From assembly GCA_003707115.1 (NCBI GenBank), contig PPNB01000001.1, forward strand, positions 682,001 to 746,000: a stretch of 64,000 bases of DNA, written 5' to 3'. How positions within the stretch are numbered: position 1 is the stretch's first letter; each line of letters opens with the position of its first letter. A program made the position numbers and the translations under genes. Below the pieces are notes generated by a model. It had not been told where the DNA came from and searched no databases. It saw nothing but the letters and a program-made list of their open reading frames with translations. Positions 31,391 through 42,520 of the stretch are shown here, one piece after another. The stretch is from Tortispora ganteri. Taxonomy: Eukaryota.

Positions 31391-33026
31391 TCACTTATCA
31401 GCTTTGCGCACACCACTAACAATATCGTCGACACGTAAAATCATACAAGCAAAATCAAGCGCGCTCTTAATCGATTGCAGCTTGATCGCTGTAGGTTCCC
31501 ACACACCGTACTCCAACATATCTACAATCTCGCCCGTATCGCCATTGATGCCGTACGTATACTTTCCTTCAGCATGTTTTGCACGAAGATCCGTAATTGC
31601 ACGCATAGGATTAGCACCGCAATTCTGCGCCAGTGTACGCGGAATCACCTCAAACGCCTGCGCTACAGCACGGTATGGCCACTGTTCAACGCCTCCAAGC
31701 TCTTTAGCCCGCTCAGAAAGTCGCACAGAAACTGCCATCTCAGTAGCACCCCCTCCTGGCGACAATTGCGGGTGTAAAAGAATGTTCCGCGCAGAGAACA
31801 TCGCGTCTTGCAGGTTTCGTTCAATCTCGTTGAGAATGTCCTTTGATGGACCGCGCAACAACACTGAACATGCTTCAGGATCTGTACAGTGGTCAAGAAA
31901 TGAAAAGTACTCGTCGCCAATAAGCTCTACATGAAAAAGCCCGCATCTCGTACCGATATCGGTCTCTTTCAAATCCTCAAGATTATTCACAATCGTAGCC
32001 CCTGTCACGCGCGAGATGCGGTGATTGTCGGTCTTCTTAACCCGGCGGAGTGCGGCAACACCTGCCTTCTGTAGAAAATGTTGAGCTAAATCAGAAACGC
32101 CTTTCTCAGTGATAACAAGGTTTGGTTTAAATGCAAGAATCTGGTCGCACATAAGTCGAACTTGCTCTTCTTCAATCTCAAGAATACGCGTCCAATCAGA
32201 CTCTTTCGTGACTTCAATATTGGTTTGGGATTCGCCTTTTTTGTATTCCAGCGGACAGTCAAGAAGTATGACACGGGGATTCTCGATTCTTCTAGGCATC
32301 TTTGGATGCACTACATCCTTATTGATCAGCACGCCGTCAAGAACCTGCGAATCTTCAATTTCGCCGCCAGGTACTTTCTCAATACGCACATATCTTTTGA
32401 TATCGATATCCAGCCTATCATCGGCGTCAATAGCCACTGTACGCACAGCTCTTAAAGCCAGAGAGCACATCAAATCAGACCACCGCACAATGTATTTAGT
32501 GCCGATCGTACTCTTGATAATGTCGTGCAGTTTGGCGTCGTCACTCACGTCTACGTCTTGTGAAGTGTCTTTCACAGCCTGAATTGCGTCATCTAGTGAT
32601 GTTCTTAGAGCCTTTATAATAGCAACAGGATGCATTCCTCGGTCTATAAACTCATACTGCTGCGCTAAAATTTCTCCTGTCAGCACAATAACAGTAGTAG
32701 TTCCATCGCCAACTTCTTCGTCTTGTGTACGAGAAAGTTCAATCATCGATTTAGCAGCAGGATGGGAAACCTCAATCTCACGCAAAATTGCGTGTCCATC
32801 GTTCGTAAGCACAATACCGCCCATGGGATCTAAAAGCATTTTCAGCATGGCTTTGGGTCCAAGACACGTTCGCACAATATCTGCTACCGCTTTGGCTGCA
32901 GTTATTACAGATATTTGTGCCTTTCGGCCAACCTGTCGGTCATTTGTATCTTACAGTTAGTACTTTGCGCCAATTTAACCCAAAAATAGTTTGCTACTTA
33001 CTCATAAAAATAACCGGGGCCTGCAT
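31391..33026 (-). CDS. CCT3: Chaperonin CCT/TRiC gamma subunit; exons 33026-33002 and 32949-31391
   Basis: Spliced N-terminus MQAPVIFMNTNDRQVGRKAQIS...AAKAVADIVRTCLGP; TNDGHAILREI, GDGTTTV. Confidence 0.97.
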
Positions 33027-33324
33027 TTTTCTTCGTCGCCTTCAGTAGTCAAGTGTGAAGGTGGATTCGAGAAATTGGGTGGAAAAGTTTAAGTGGCAGT
33101 TACAACGGTTTTCTTTTTGTTTCTTGGTATTAATTTATATTCTTCGCTGGCGTTCGAGGAGTAATGCAAGAAGGAGTTACTAAAGTGGCCTAAACAACGA
33201 ATAGAACCATTGTCTTCTAGATATTTACAGTGTTGTAGATATCACCTCAGTCGGAAGGTGTTATAAGCGGCGACGGTCTATTTGCAGGAACGCATATACG
33301 CTATTCTTCTTAACATACACTCTA

Positions 33325-33879
33325 ATGTCGCTAGTAGAAGCAGAGACAGCAGCAAGTAGAACTCACAGGTTTTCTTGGATAAGAAGAGCTAATGAAGATG
33401 TTCCCGTAGACCAGGGGTCCGGAACGAGGCAGCATAGGGAAGACGTGCAAACATATGATCAAGAGTCGGCACAGGAGACAGTACAAGATCAGTCAGAAGC
33501 GGAATACATAGAAAAAACAGTCACAGATCACCGCACACCGATATTGGTGCACATTGAGCACAGAAAGAGTAGTAGATGCGCAGCTCATTCAGACAGTGAG
33601 TCCGTCCAAGATATGTTCCGCGATGAATCCATGATTGAACGTGCCGTCGACTCAGACATGCGGTACAATCACTTGATGCTTGCTGCAAAAAACGCACGAC
33701 AAAGCTTCAAATATGCACGTCTTTCGCTGAAAGAGCTTTTAAAACAGGGGCTCGTAGAAATATACAGATCTGCGCAAGGCACCTGGAGCATCGACCAGCC
33801 TCGGCCCGAGCAAAACTTAGATGACAGTAGCCGGCCTATGCGTTCACATGCTGAATTAAAGCATGAACACGGCAACTAA
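33325..33879 (+). CDS. Hypothetical protein (184 aa), no recognised family
   Basis: ATG-initiated, hydrophilic ORF filling the gap between CCT3 and the thiolase. Confidence 0.55.
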   Translation: MSLVEAETAASRTHRFSWIRRANEDVPVDQGSGTRQHREDVQTYDQESAQETVQDQSEAEYIEKTVTDHRTPILVHIEHRKSSRCAAHSDSESVQDMFRDESMIERAVDSDMRYNHLMLAAKNARQSFKYARLSLKELLKQGLVEIYRSAQGTWSIDQPRPEQNLDDSSRPMRSHAELKHEHGN

Positions 33880-34141
33880 CGTCATAACTTGATTCTATTT
33901 AGTTCTGCAAATCGCAGGTATGTCTGGCTTATGCTCTAAAGAGTAACTACCTGGTGATCGGCATAACATTAATCCAGCCATGTGTTGATGTACATCGGAC
34001 AGATGCCGCGCTGGTTCCGAGAAATTAAAGTTTTTATCCCCACATACTCCCACCGAGCTTCACCCGAAAGCTCGATATATAACAGGTGTGATCTCCCGAA
34101 AATCCTGCCCATTCTTGTTTCCTCACATACACACACGCAAT

Positions 34142-35380
34142 ATGCAGATTCGCGGCGCCACTAACTCAGTTAAACGCGCTTTCCATACCTCGCATCCTGC
34201 CCATCTTGTCGGTAATGCCGTCTATGTAGTGTCGGGCGCTCGCACCCCCGTAGGCAAGTTCAATAGTGCCCTCAAATCGAAAACCGCAACCGACCTCGGC
34301 GCTATCGCCGTCAAAGCTGCCGTTGAACGATCAAAGATCCCTATTGACAAGTTCGACGAGGCATATATCGGAAACGTCATCTCTGCAAATATCGGTCAGG
34401 CACCCGCGCGTCAAGCTGTGATTAAAGCAGGTCTCCCTGTCGAAACCGAAGCCACAACCATTAACAAGGTCTGCGCTTCGGGAATGAAGGCCCTGACCAT
34501 TGGCTCCCAGTCTATCCAGACCGGAACTGCCGGAGTTGTCATTGCCGGCGGCATGGAATCCATGTCAAACGTTCCTTTCTATTTCCCGCGCGGTGCCTCC
34601 TACGGCAATCAGACCGCCAACGACGGTATCCTTCGCGACGGTCTCATGGATGTCTACGACGATATCCACATGGGATTATGCGGCGAAAACACCAACAAAA
34701 TATACGGAATCACCCGTGAAGAGCAGGACGAATTCGCCATCGAGTCGTACCGTCGCGCTAACGAGAGTATAGCATCCGGGGTCTTCAAGGAGGAAACCGT
34801 CCCTGTCGAAATCAAGAGCCGCAAGGGAACCATCATCGTTGATACTGACGAAGAACCCACACAAACAACTCTCGAAAAGATATCAGGCCTGCGTCCTGTC
34901 TTTGCTAAAGATGGATCCATCACCGCAGCCAACGCGAGTCCTCTCAACGACGGCGCCTCTGCGATGGTACTGGCCTCTGCTGAAAAGGTTAAGGAGTTTG
35001 GCACTCCTGTACTTGGTCGCATTGTTGGCTACGCCGATGCTGCCACCAAACCTATAGATTTCACTATTGCGCCTTCGATTGCCGTCCCTATCGCTTTAAA
35101 ACGTGCTGGTCTCACTGTTGATGATATCTCTTTGTTCGAGTTCAATGAAGCGTTCTCTTGCGTTGGTATTGTCAATAGTCGCCTTCTTAAGCTTGATCCT
35201 GCCAAAGTCAATATCCACGGAGGTGCTGTTGCGCTTGGCCATCCTATCGGTTCTTCCGGCAGCCGAATTGTAGTCACGCTACTTCACGCTCTTAAGGAAG
35301 GACAATACGGTGTTGCTGCTATTTGCAACGGTGGTGGTGCTGCCACTGCCGTTGTTGTACAAAAAGTTTCGAGTATCTGA
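34142..35380 (+). CDS. Acetyl-CoA C-acetyltransferase (Erg10/ACAT-type thiolase) with a predicted mitochondrial presequence
   Basis: TINKVCASGMKA, GGMESMS, NEAF, GHPIGSSG, ICNGGG; N-terminus MQIRGATNSVKRAFHTS. Confidence 0.93.
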   Translation: MQIRGATNSVKRAFHTSHPAHLVGNAVYVVSGARTPVGKFNSALKSKTATDLGAIAVKAAVERSKIPIDKFDEAYIGNVISANIGQAPARQAVIKAGLPVETEATTINKVCASGMKALTIGSQSIQTGTAGVVIAGGMESMSNVPFYFPRGASYGNQTANDGILRDGLMDVYDDIHMGLCGENTNKIYGITREEQDEFAIESYRRANESIASGVFKEETVPVEIKSRKGTIIVDTDEEPTQTTLEKISGLRPVFAKDGSITAANASPLNDGASAMVLASAEKVKEFGTPVLGRIVGYADAATKPIDFTIAPSIAVPIALKRAGLTVDDISLFEFNEAFSCVGIVNSRLLKLDPAKVNIHGGAVALGHPIGSSGSRIVVTLLHALKEGQYGVAAICNGGGAATAVVVQKVSSI

Positions 35381-35525
35381 AGAAACAAAACCGAGAATGT
35401 TATATATGTGTATCTGACGAACAAGACTTATAACTTTTTTTTCTCAGCATTCATATGCGTTCACGGAAAGATACATTATGTTAGTTAAACTGAATTTAGA
35501 TCTTGTCATGATAATATTGCTGTAT

Positions 35526-36875
35526 TTAGTCCGAGTCGGAAGACGAGGGCTCCGGCTCGTGTTCGGCGTAATGTCCGATGCCAAACAAAGGACCGATTTT
35601 TGTACCCCAGTTAGAGTCCCATCGAATTTTTGATTGCAAAACTGCTCCGCCCTTGAGTTTCTGCAATATTTTTTCTTCTGTGCAGAGTTTCATCAATGCA
35701 TCCGCCATTTCCTCGTAGTCAGCCACAAGCAGACCATTTTGGCCATCTTTGACAAGTTCAGATATCGCGTCAAACTGCATAGAAATCACAGGGATACCGC
35801 AGCCAAACATGTCCACGACCTTCATAGGCAAGTCAAGACCAGAGCTTGAGATATGCAAAGAAATTCCGATGTCAGCAGCTGCGACAACTAGTGGATAGTC
35901 CTCTGCGGCAAGCCAGACAGATTTTATGACGACGTTCTGAAGGTTCATTTTCTCGTACATGCGAACGAAGTTTTGCTGGCCATCACCCTTGCCCGTGACG
36001 AGCACGTATAACGGTGGCAGTTGGGTAGATGCCTGGGCTGTCTGCTCGTCGTATATCTGCAGTGCTTTGAGAAGTACAGTAAAGTCTTCGTCAGGTGTAT
36101 ATGATGTTGAGGTGATAACAACTTTATGTGCATCTGTGAGTCCCTGGAATGCGTCGAGTCTTCGCCTGATTAACAGCGATTCTTTGGTATCGAGAGGGCG
36201 GAACTGTGCCGCTGGACGATCATGGAACGGGATAATGCGGCGGGCATTGAACTTCCATTCAGTGAGCAAAAATTGCCCCATTCTAACCGAGACGCAGAGA
36301 TGAGCATATGCAATTTGACCCCAGAAGCGTTCGTACCAGCGATAGAGGAACACGAATGGATGGGCTCTGCCTAATTTTAGCGCAAGAATGGTGTAGCCGA
36401 AGTTGTGCCAGTCAATAATAACTTTGGTACCACGCGAGAAGAGCAGCGTATAGATACGTACAACACCAAGTGTAGGCAGCGCGGGTGGAGTTTGTACCAA
36501 CAGAGCGTCAGCATTCCGCAACCGGTAGAGTGTTACGAACAACGAGTAATGCTGGTAGAGCACGTTGTACATTATATTGACAATATAAAACGGTGAAATC
36601 TTCTTCGGACGAGATATATCGTGAATAGATATGTCATGAGATAACAGTTCGTTAGGTGGCGTAGTTGAGAGATAGCCACATAGATCGACATGGGTGCCTG
36701 CCTTCGCCAGCGACAGTGAGTGGTAGAGCATTCTCGGAGATCTAGCAATATCGCCGAGAACCAGTACAATAACGCGTTTGGCCTGCCCGCTACCATGTGG
36801 CGGAATCAGCCAATAGAAGAGTACCGGGAGCAGCGAGTAGACGATAGCGGCAAGAATGTACCAGAACCACGACAT
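35526..36875 (-). CDS. ALG1: Chitobiosyldiphosphodolichol beta-1,4-mannosyltransferase
   Basis: VLGDIARSPRMLYH, IIDWHNFGY, STSYTPDEDF, SSSGLDLPMKVVDMFG; N-terminal TM. Confidence 0.96.
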   Translation of the reverse strand: MSWFWYILAAIVYSLLPVLFYWLIPPHGSGQAKRVIVLVLGDIARSPRMLYHSLSLAKAGTHVDLCGYLSTTPPNELLSHDISIHDISRPKKISPFYIVNIMYNVLYQHYSLFVTLYRLRNADALLVQTPPALPTLGVVRIYTLLFSRGTKVIIDWHNFGYTILALKLGRAHPFVFLYRWYERFWGQIAYAHLCVSVRMGQFLLTEWKFNARRIIPFHDRPAAQFRPLDTKESLLIRRRLDAFQGLTDAHKVVITSTSYTPDEDFTVLLKALQIYDEQTAQASTQLPPLYVLVTGKGDGQQNFVRMYEKMNLQNVVIKSVWLAAEDYPLVVAAADIGISLHISSSGLDLPMKVVDMFGCGIPVISMQFDAISELVKDGQNGLLVADYEEMADALMKLCTEEKILQKLKGGAVLQSKIRWDSNWGTKIGPLFGIGHYAEHEPEPSSSDSD

Positions 36876-37235
36876 TTGACGGTATCCCAAGAAGGCGAAG
36901 TTAGAATTCGACACAAAAAAGGGAAAACAAATGGGTCTCTACGAGAAATGGATGGCGCTACCTTTTGCCGGCAGAATGTATATAGGGATATCGACAATGA
37001 TTGTAGCATATATCACGCCAAAACTAATTGATTATATTGAGGAGCAGCGGAAAGTACAGGCAGCGCTTGGTGAAGTAAAACCAGCTGACCCGCGTTCAAC
37101 GTAACGATCAAATAAATACAGAAAGTCTATAACATGCATGAATAGAAATAGTATATACAAGAGGTGACAATTCTTTTTAGAAAAAGTAATAAAAAAAAAC
37201 AAGTAAATAGGTTTAGCGTCTAACCGCATACCTTT

Positions 37236-39176
37236 TTACTCGTCTTTCTTGGGCTCCTCGCTGCTCTGAGCATTCTTGTCCTTGTAGACAGCCTCAAAAA
37301 CTGGCAAAGAAGCGTTTTGGAGTTCATCAATCTTCTTGCGTACATCCTCGGTTGAAATTTCTTCGCCGGACTGGATGCGGGCAACAAGCTCGCGTAACTC
37401 AGTGATGAGAGCTCGGACTTTCTCGACATCATCCTTGTTGAGTTGGGCTTCGAAGTCGCCCAAAGCAGCTTCGGTGTCGTTGCAAACGCCATCAGCCTTG
37501 TTAGACATCTCAATGAGCTCCTTGCGCGCCTGGTCAGATTCACGGAACTTCTCGGCGTCTTTAATCATATTCTCAATCTCTGTATCGGATAATCCAGATG
37601 AACCGGCAACAGTAATAGAGGTTTCCTTGTTGGTACCAAGATCCTTTGCACTGACGTTGATAATTCCATCGGCATCGATGTCGAAGGTGACCTCGATCTG
37701 AGGAACACCCTTGCGAGCAGGAGGAATACCAGTAAGAGTGAAGTTGCCGATAAGCTTGTTGTCGCGGACAAGTTCACGCTCACCCTGGAATACACGGATC
37801 TCAACAGAGGTCTGGCCAGTGGCAGCAGTAGAGAAGATCTGCGATTTCTTGGCAGGGATAGTGGTATTGCGGTTGATCAAACGTGTGAAAACACCACCAA
37901 GAGTCTCGATACCGAGAGACAAGGGGGTAACATCCAAAAGAAGGACCTCGTTGACTTCACCAGACAAAACAGCTCCCTGAATTGCAGCACCAATGCACAC
38001 AGCCTCGTCGGGGTTAACAGACTTGCTGGGTTCCTTATTGAAAATGGACTTAACGATCTCAGTAACTTTAGGCATACGGGTCATACCACCAACAAGAATA
38101 ACCTCGTTGATTTCAGCGGGGGAAAGACCGGCATCTTTAAGAGCTTTCTTGCAAGGCTCAATAGTGCGCTTAAGAAGAGGCTCAACTTGGGCTTCAAATT
38201 GAGAACGAGAAATCTTCGTATTAATATGCTTGGGGCCGCTAGCATCAGCAGTTATGAAAGGAAGATTGATCTCAGTAGTAACAGTAGATGACAACTCGAT
38301 CTTGGCCTTCTCAGCAGCCTCACGGATACGCTGGATAGCCATACGATCAGAAGTAAGATCAATACCGGTTTCCTTCTTGAAGTCAGCAACAATCTTGCGA
38401 ACAAGGTTAATATCAAAATCCTCACCACCAAGATGAGTATCACCGTTAGTGGACTTGACTTCGAAAACACCCTTTTGGATCTCTAAGATGGAAATATCGA
38501 AAGTGCCACCACCAAGATCGAAAACAGCGACAACGGCATCATCTTGCTTATCGAGACCGTAAGCCAAAGCAGCAGCAGTAGGCTCGTTGACTACACGGAG
38601 AACGTTTAGTCCAGCGATCTTACCGGCGTCCTTGGTGGCCTGACGTTGAGAATCGTTGAAGTAGGCAGGGACTGTGACAACAGCATTAGAAACAGGCTTA
38701 CCAAAATGGGATTCAGCGGTTTCCTTCATTTTGTTCAAAATGAAACCTCCGATTTGAGACGGAGAGTATTTTTGTCCGCGTGCCTCAACCCAGGCATCAC
38801 CATTTGTGTGCTTGATGATTTTGTAAGGAACTGCGGTAATATCTTTCTGGACCTCAGCGTCATCAAATCGTCGACCGATTAGTCGCTTAGTGGCAAACAA
38901 AGTGTTCTCGGGATTGACAACGGCTTGACGTTTCGCTGGAACACCAACTAAACGCTCACCATCTTCAGTGAAGGCGACAACTGACGGAGTCGTACGGGCA
39001 CCCTCGGAATTCTCGAGAACTTTGGGTGTCTTGCCCTCCATAATGGCCACAGCGGAGTTGGTAGTTCCAAGGTCAACACCGATAATATTTCCTTGGACTT
39101 TTCCAGAATTTAATCGCACTTGCAGCTTCGCAACATTGCGTAGCGTCTGACGAGCAAAAAAACGCTGGCCGAGCAT
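37236..39176 (-). CDS. SSC1: Mitochondrial Hsp70
   Basis: Presequence, [44 protein letters not shown]. Confidence 0.97.
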   Translation of the reverse strand: MLGQRFFARQTLRNVAKLQVRLNSGKVQGNIIGVDLGTTNSAVAIMEGKTPKVLENSEGARTTPSVVAFTEDGERLVGVPAKRQAVVNPENTLFATKRLIGRRFDDAEVQKDITAVPYKIIKHTNGDAWVEARGQKYSPSQIGGFILNKMKETAESHFGKPVSNAVVTVPAYFNDSQRQATKDAGKIAGLNVLRVVNEPTAAALAYGLDKQDDAVVAVFDLGGGTFDISILEIQKGVFEVKSTNGDTHLGGEDFDINLVRKIVADFKKETGIDLTSDRMAIQRIREAAEKAKIELSSTVTTEINLPFITADASGPKHINTKISRSQFEAQVEPLLKRTIEPCKKALKDAGLSPAEINEVILVGGMTRMPKVTEIVKSIFNKEPSKSVNPDEAVCIGAAIQGAVLSGEVNEVLLLDVTPLSLGIETLGGVFTRLINRNTTIPAKKSQIFSTAATGQTSVEIRVFQGERELVRDNKLIGNFTLTGIPPARKGVPQIEVTFDIDADGIINVSAKDLGTNKETSITVAGSSGLSDTEIENMIKDAEKFRESDQARKELIEMSNKADGVCNDTEAALGDFEAQLNKDDVEKVRALITELRELVARIQSGEEISTEDVRKKIDELQNASLPVFEAVYKDKNAQSSEEPKKDE

Positions 39177-39374
39177 TCTTCTTTTAAATATATGTGGTAA
39201 AAGAAAAAGTGGTTGACTGAAAGAAAAAAAACCTTTTCTAAACCCGGGCCCGGCTACGCTTATATGTTGGAAAAACTTTAATTCCTCGAAGAACCGAAGA
39301 ATCCACGTTACCCGGCGTTACCGTTTCTAGTATGTTCTATCAGAGCGAGCCGCAGCTTCCTTATTTGCTCCTTG

Positions 39375-41069
39375 ATGCAACCCAGTCTTGATGATCACGC
39401 CGACGGAAGTTCAAGCAGTGCTTCTGATTTTAGTGGTGAATCTGATTGGGAATCTCTGATTCAATTCGATGGTGTAGTGATATCTAGTGCCAATCAAAGA
39501 GATAAAAAATACCTTAAAAGGCGTCGAAATACGGCTGATCCACAACTGCATGTGATCCACATACTTCATGTATACTGCCTGGCTTATTACGGGTTCTTAG
39601 TAAATAAGGCGTTGAATCATCGCGCTGTACAACACCGTGCTAAACAGAAAATATCATCGGATCTCAGATCACGTGTGCGCAAGTACTGGCGAAATCCTAA
39701 GAATACGCTATTGCTGTTGCGCGATCTTGCTGCAGAGGTGCGGAGTTTGTTTGATGTTAACAAAAATGGTCTTCGCCGAACCTATACTGGAACAAATCCA
39801 CAAGCTGAGACTGTTCCAATTCTCAAGCAGCTTGTAAAGAGTGCTAAAACTTTCACAGGATCAAGAGATAATGCTGCACAATTGTTTACTGCTCTTTTGC
39901 GGGCACTTGGGTTTGATGCAAGACTGATATTCTCCTTGCAACCGCTGCATCTGCGTCCACAAGAGTCTAAACAACGAAAACAAATCAAGAGAACACAAGT
40001 TAAGGTACACCTGAGACCCGACTATGATCTTTCGGTTCCTGTGTTCTGGTGTGAGGTGCGGTGCCCGGTGACAAATTCTATTATACCACTTGAGCCGATT
40101 GTGTACGGCGATTTTGGCACAGAATCGTTGTTTAATATGGATACAAAATCCAATTTATGTACGGCATACATTGTGTCTTACTATGCCGATCTGTCGGCAT
40201 TAGATGTGTCAGCCAGATACACTGAATATTGGCATTCCCGGCTGCGAAGCCCGCATTATTGGTTTGAGCGAATGATGCAGTTATACAGACATCCTGTACC
40301 ATCTGGAATATACTATCGCGACTTATTTGAAACGAAGCGCATTCAAGCTAAGTTGCCAAAAACGCACCAGTCTCTCAAACATCATCCGCACTATGTTTGT
40401 AACACGTCACTCAGGGCCAATCAAATGCCGCGGAGAGATGCAAAGCCTGTCGCTAAACATACTGTCGGTAATGTCAAACACAAAGTTTATAGAAGGACTG
40501 ACATTGAAGATTGTCACTCTGAGCTCTCGTGGCAGCGGCAAGGCCGTGTTATAGTTTCTGGCTGCGCTCCCGTGCGAACCATCCGTGCACGGGGAACCAT
40601 TCAGAATCGGAGGCTTTCTAATCAGGAAACAATAGCTATTCATATTTACCGAAAGTCAGACACAACCAAATTTCCTAGACAACGTGTCGTGGATGGAAAA
40701 CTTCCATTGAACCAGTTTGGCAATGTCACAGTGTTTGTACCGCAGATGGTACCTATAGGTGCAGTACATCTCCGCCAATCTCAATATGCTGGTATTGAAA
40801 CCGTGGCAAAACTCATTGGAACGCCTTACAGTAAAGCGGTGACGGGGTTTAAATTCCGAAGCGAAACATCTGATCCGGTTTTTGATGGGATTGTCGTAGT
40901 ACAAGAATATCAGGCCCTTCTTGTTGAAGCGTGGGCTATGCGAAACCAGTTATTGCTCGAGGAAGCCACAAAAAGAAAAAGCAGAAATGCTTTATTAAGA
41001 TGGAAACGATATCTTACGAGACTGTCTATTGTTGACCGTCTGAATCAGGACTACGGATTTCAACCTTGA
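39375..41069 (+). CDS. Rad4/XPC-family nucleotide excision repair protein (possibly a Rad34-type paralog)
   Basis: GSRDNAAQLFTALLRALG (transglutaminase-like), PVFWCEV, LPKT..SLKHHPHYV, GKLPLNQFGNV, AVTGFKF...GIVV (BHD domains). Confidence 0.9.
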   Translation: MQPSLDDHADGSSSSASDFSGESDWESLIQFDGVVISSANQRDKKYLKRRRNTADPQLHVIHILHVYCLAYYGFLVNKALNHRAVQHRAKQKISSDLRSRVRKYWRNPKNTLLLLRDLAAEVRSLFDVNKNGLRRTYTGTNPQAETVPILKQLVKSAKTFTGSRDNAAQLFTALLRALGFDARLIFSLQPLHLRPQESKQRKQIKRTQVKVHLRPDYDLSVPVFWCEVRCPVTNSIIPLEPIVYGDFGTESLFNMDTKSNLCTAYIVSYYADLSALDVSARYTEYWHSRLRSPHYWFERMMQLYRHPVPSGIYYRDLFETKRIQAKLPKTHQSLKHHPHYVCNTSLRANQMPRRDAKPVAKHTVGNVKHKVYRRTDIEDCHSELSWQRQGRVIVSGCAPVRTIRARGTIQNRRLSNQETIAIHIYRKSDTTKFPRQRVVDGKLPLNQFGNVTVFVPQMVPIGAVHLRQSQYAGIETVAKLIGTPYSKAVTGFKFRSETSDPVFDGIVVVQEYQALLVEAWAMRNQLLLEEATKRKSRNALLRWKRYLTRLSIVDRLNQDYGFQP

Positions 41070-41125
41070 TCTTTAATAATTCACCAAGATCTTCTTCCCA
41101 ATAGCCACAACCACCATCAGGTAAA

Positions 41126-42247
41126 ATGGAAGACCTCACTATTGACGAATACCAGTATTATGGACGGCAAATGCTTGTGCCAGAATTTGGCAAATCCGGT
41201 CAGGTCAAGCTAAAAAATTCAACAGTAGCAATTATAGGCGCAGGTGGGCTGGGTTGTCCATGTGCCCTATACCTTGGTTGTGCTGGAGTAGGTACTTTAA
41301 AGATCGTGGATTTCGATACAGTTGACACTTCAAATTTGCATCGACAAGTCGCTCACACAGAGATCGGAGCAAACAAAGCTGAATCTCTTGCAAAGGCAAT
41401 CCGCCAGCGAAATGGAAATGTCAATACCATTATTTATCCTGTACAATTTTCCGCGTACAATGCACCACAAATTTTAGAAGACGTTGATTTGGTGTTCGAC
41501 TGTACCGATTCGCCTGCGATACGGTATTTGATCAACGATATATGCTCTGCTAAACAACTGCCACTCATCTCTGCAGCTGCATTGCGCTCAGAAGGACAGC
41601 TGTCAATTTTGTGCTACCCTGGTGGACCATGTTACCGGTGTCTGTTCCCGCACATGCCAGCAGTTTCGCAGAGCTGTTCCGATAACGGCATTTTAGGCCC
41701 AGTGGTAGGTGTTATGGGCGTGATGCAAGCTGCTGAAGGTCTCAAGTTTCTTGCGCTTGGACCTCCAAAGGAAGTGTCGATGCTCATATTCAGTCTTTTT
41801 TCGCCCGTACCGTGGAGGAGAATCAAAATGAAAGGTAAAAGAGCTGACTGCATTAACTGCGGAGAGAAAGGTTCTGATCCCACAAAACTATCCGCTTATT
41901 ATGTCAATGTCTGCGACACTTATCCTACGTTGGACCCTTCTGAGGAAGTGCCAGCATCGCAGCTTGAAAATACAGATGTTTATACGATTGATGTTAGAGA
42001 TCCTGTGCAGTATGAGATATGTTCACTGCCGCTGTCTGAGAACGTTCCGCTAAGTAAACTTGAAGAATGGATGGAAACACATCCCACAGCTGGCGTCGAC
42101 TCTGATCTATACGTATTGTGTCGCAGAGGCAACGATTCGCGCACAGCTACTCAAATATTGCGACAGAAAGGCCGCCATAGAGCTTTTAACGTTCATGGAG
42201 GCCTCGAAGAATATTCAAAAACTGACCCGTCTTTTCCAACTTATTAA
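41126..42247 (+). CDS. UBA4: Adenylyltransferase/sulfurtransferase Uba4 (MOCS3)
   Basis: YGRQM, GAGGLGCP, SNLHRQ, PCYRCLFP, SCSDNG; rhodanese domain CRRGNDS. Confidence 0.95.
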   Translation: MEDLTIDEYQYYGRQMLVPEFGKSGQVKLKNSTVAIIGAGGLGCPCALYLGCAGVGTLKIVDFDTVDTSNLHRQVAHTEIGANKAESLAKAIRQRNGNVNTIIYPVQFSAYNAPQILEDVDLVFDCTDSPAIRYLINDICSAKQLPLISAAALRSEGQLSILCYPGGPCYRCLFPHMPAVSQSCSDNGILGPVVGVMGVMQAAEGLKFLALGPPKEVSMLIFSLFSPVPWRRIKMKGKRADCINCGEKGSDPTKLSAYYVNVCDTYPTLDPSEEVPASQLENTDVYTIDVRDPVQYEICSLPLSENVPLSKLEEWMETHPTAGVDSDLYVLCRRGNDSRTATQILRQKGRHRAFNVHGGLEEYSKTDPSFPTY

Positions 42248-42520
42248 GATAACATCAGTGCAATGGTGCTATAGTGATATGGGTTCTGGATAGTCGTAAG
42301 AGGTGCGGTGCGGCATATATAGATGGCTTATGACGTATGATAAGTAATTATGAATAAATAAGAAAACATTTTTTGCAATAGAAGTAAAAGCCATTATACG
42401 TAAAAACAGGCCGTTTCGTTAGCGCTTAGCAGCTCGTGTACCGCAAATGGAGATCGTTGCTATGTCAAACGACAAACACACACACACTTAGAACAGATTT
42501 TTTCACACTCAGATCGACTA

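Noticed and set aside
37220..39150. Many antisense and alternate-frame ORFs over SSC1 (similarly over CCT3 and the thiolase)
   Set aside because: Typical shadows of codon-biased, highly expressed genes; no recognisable motifs
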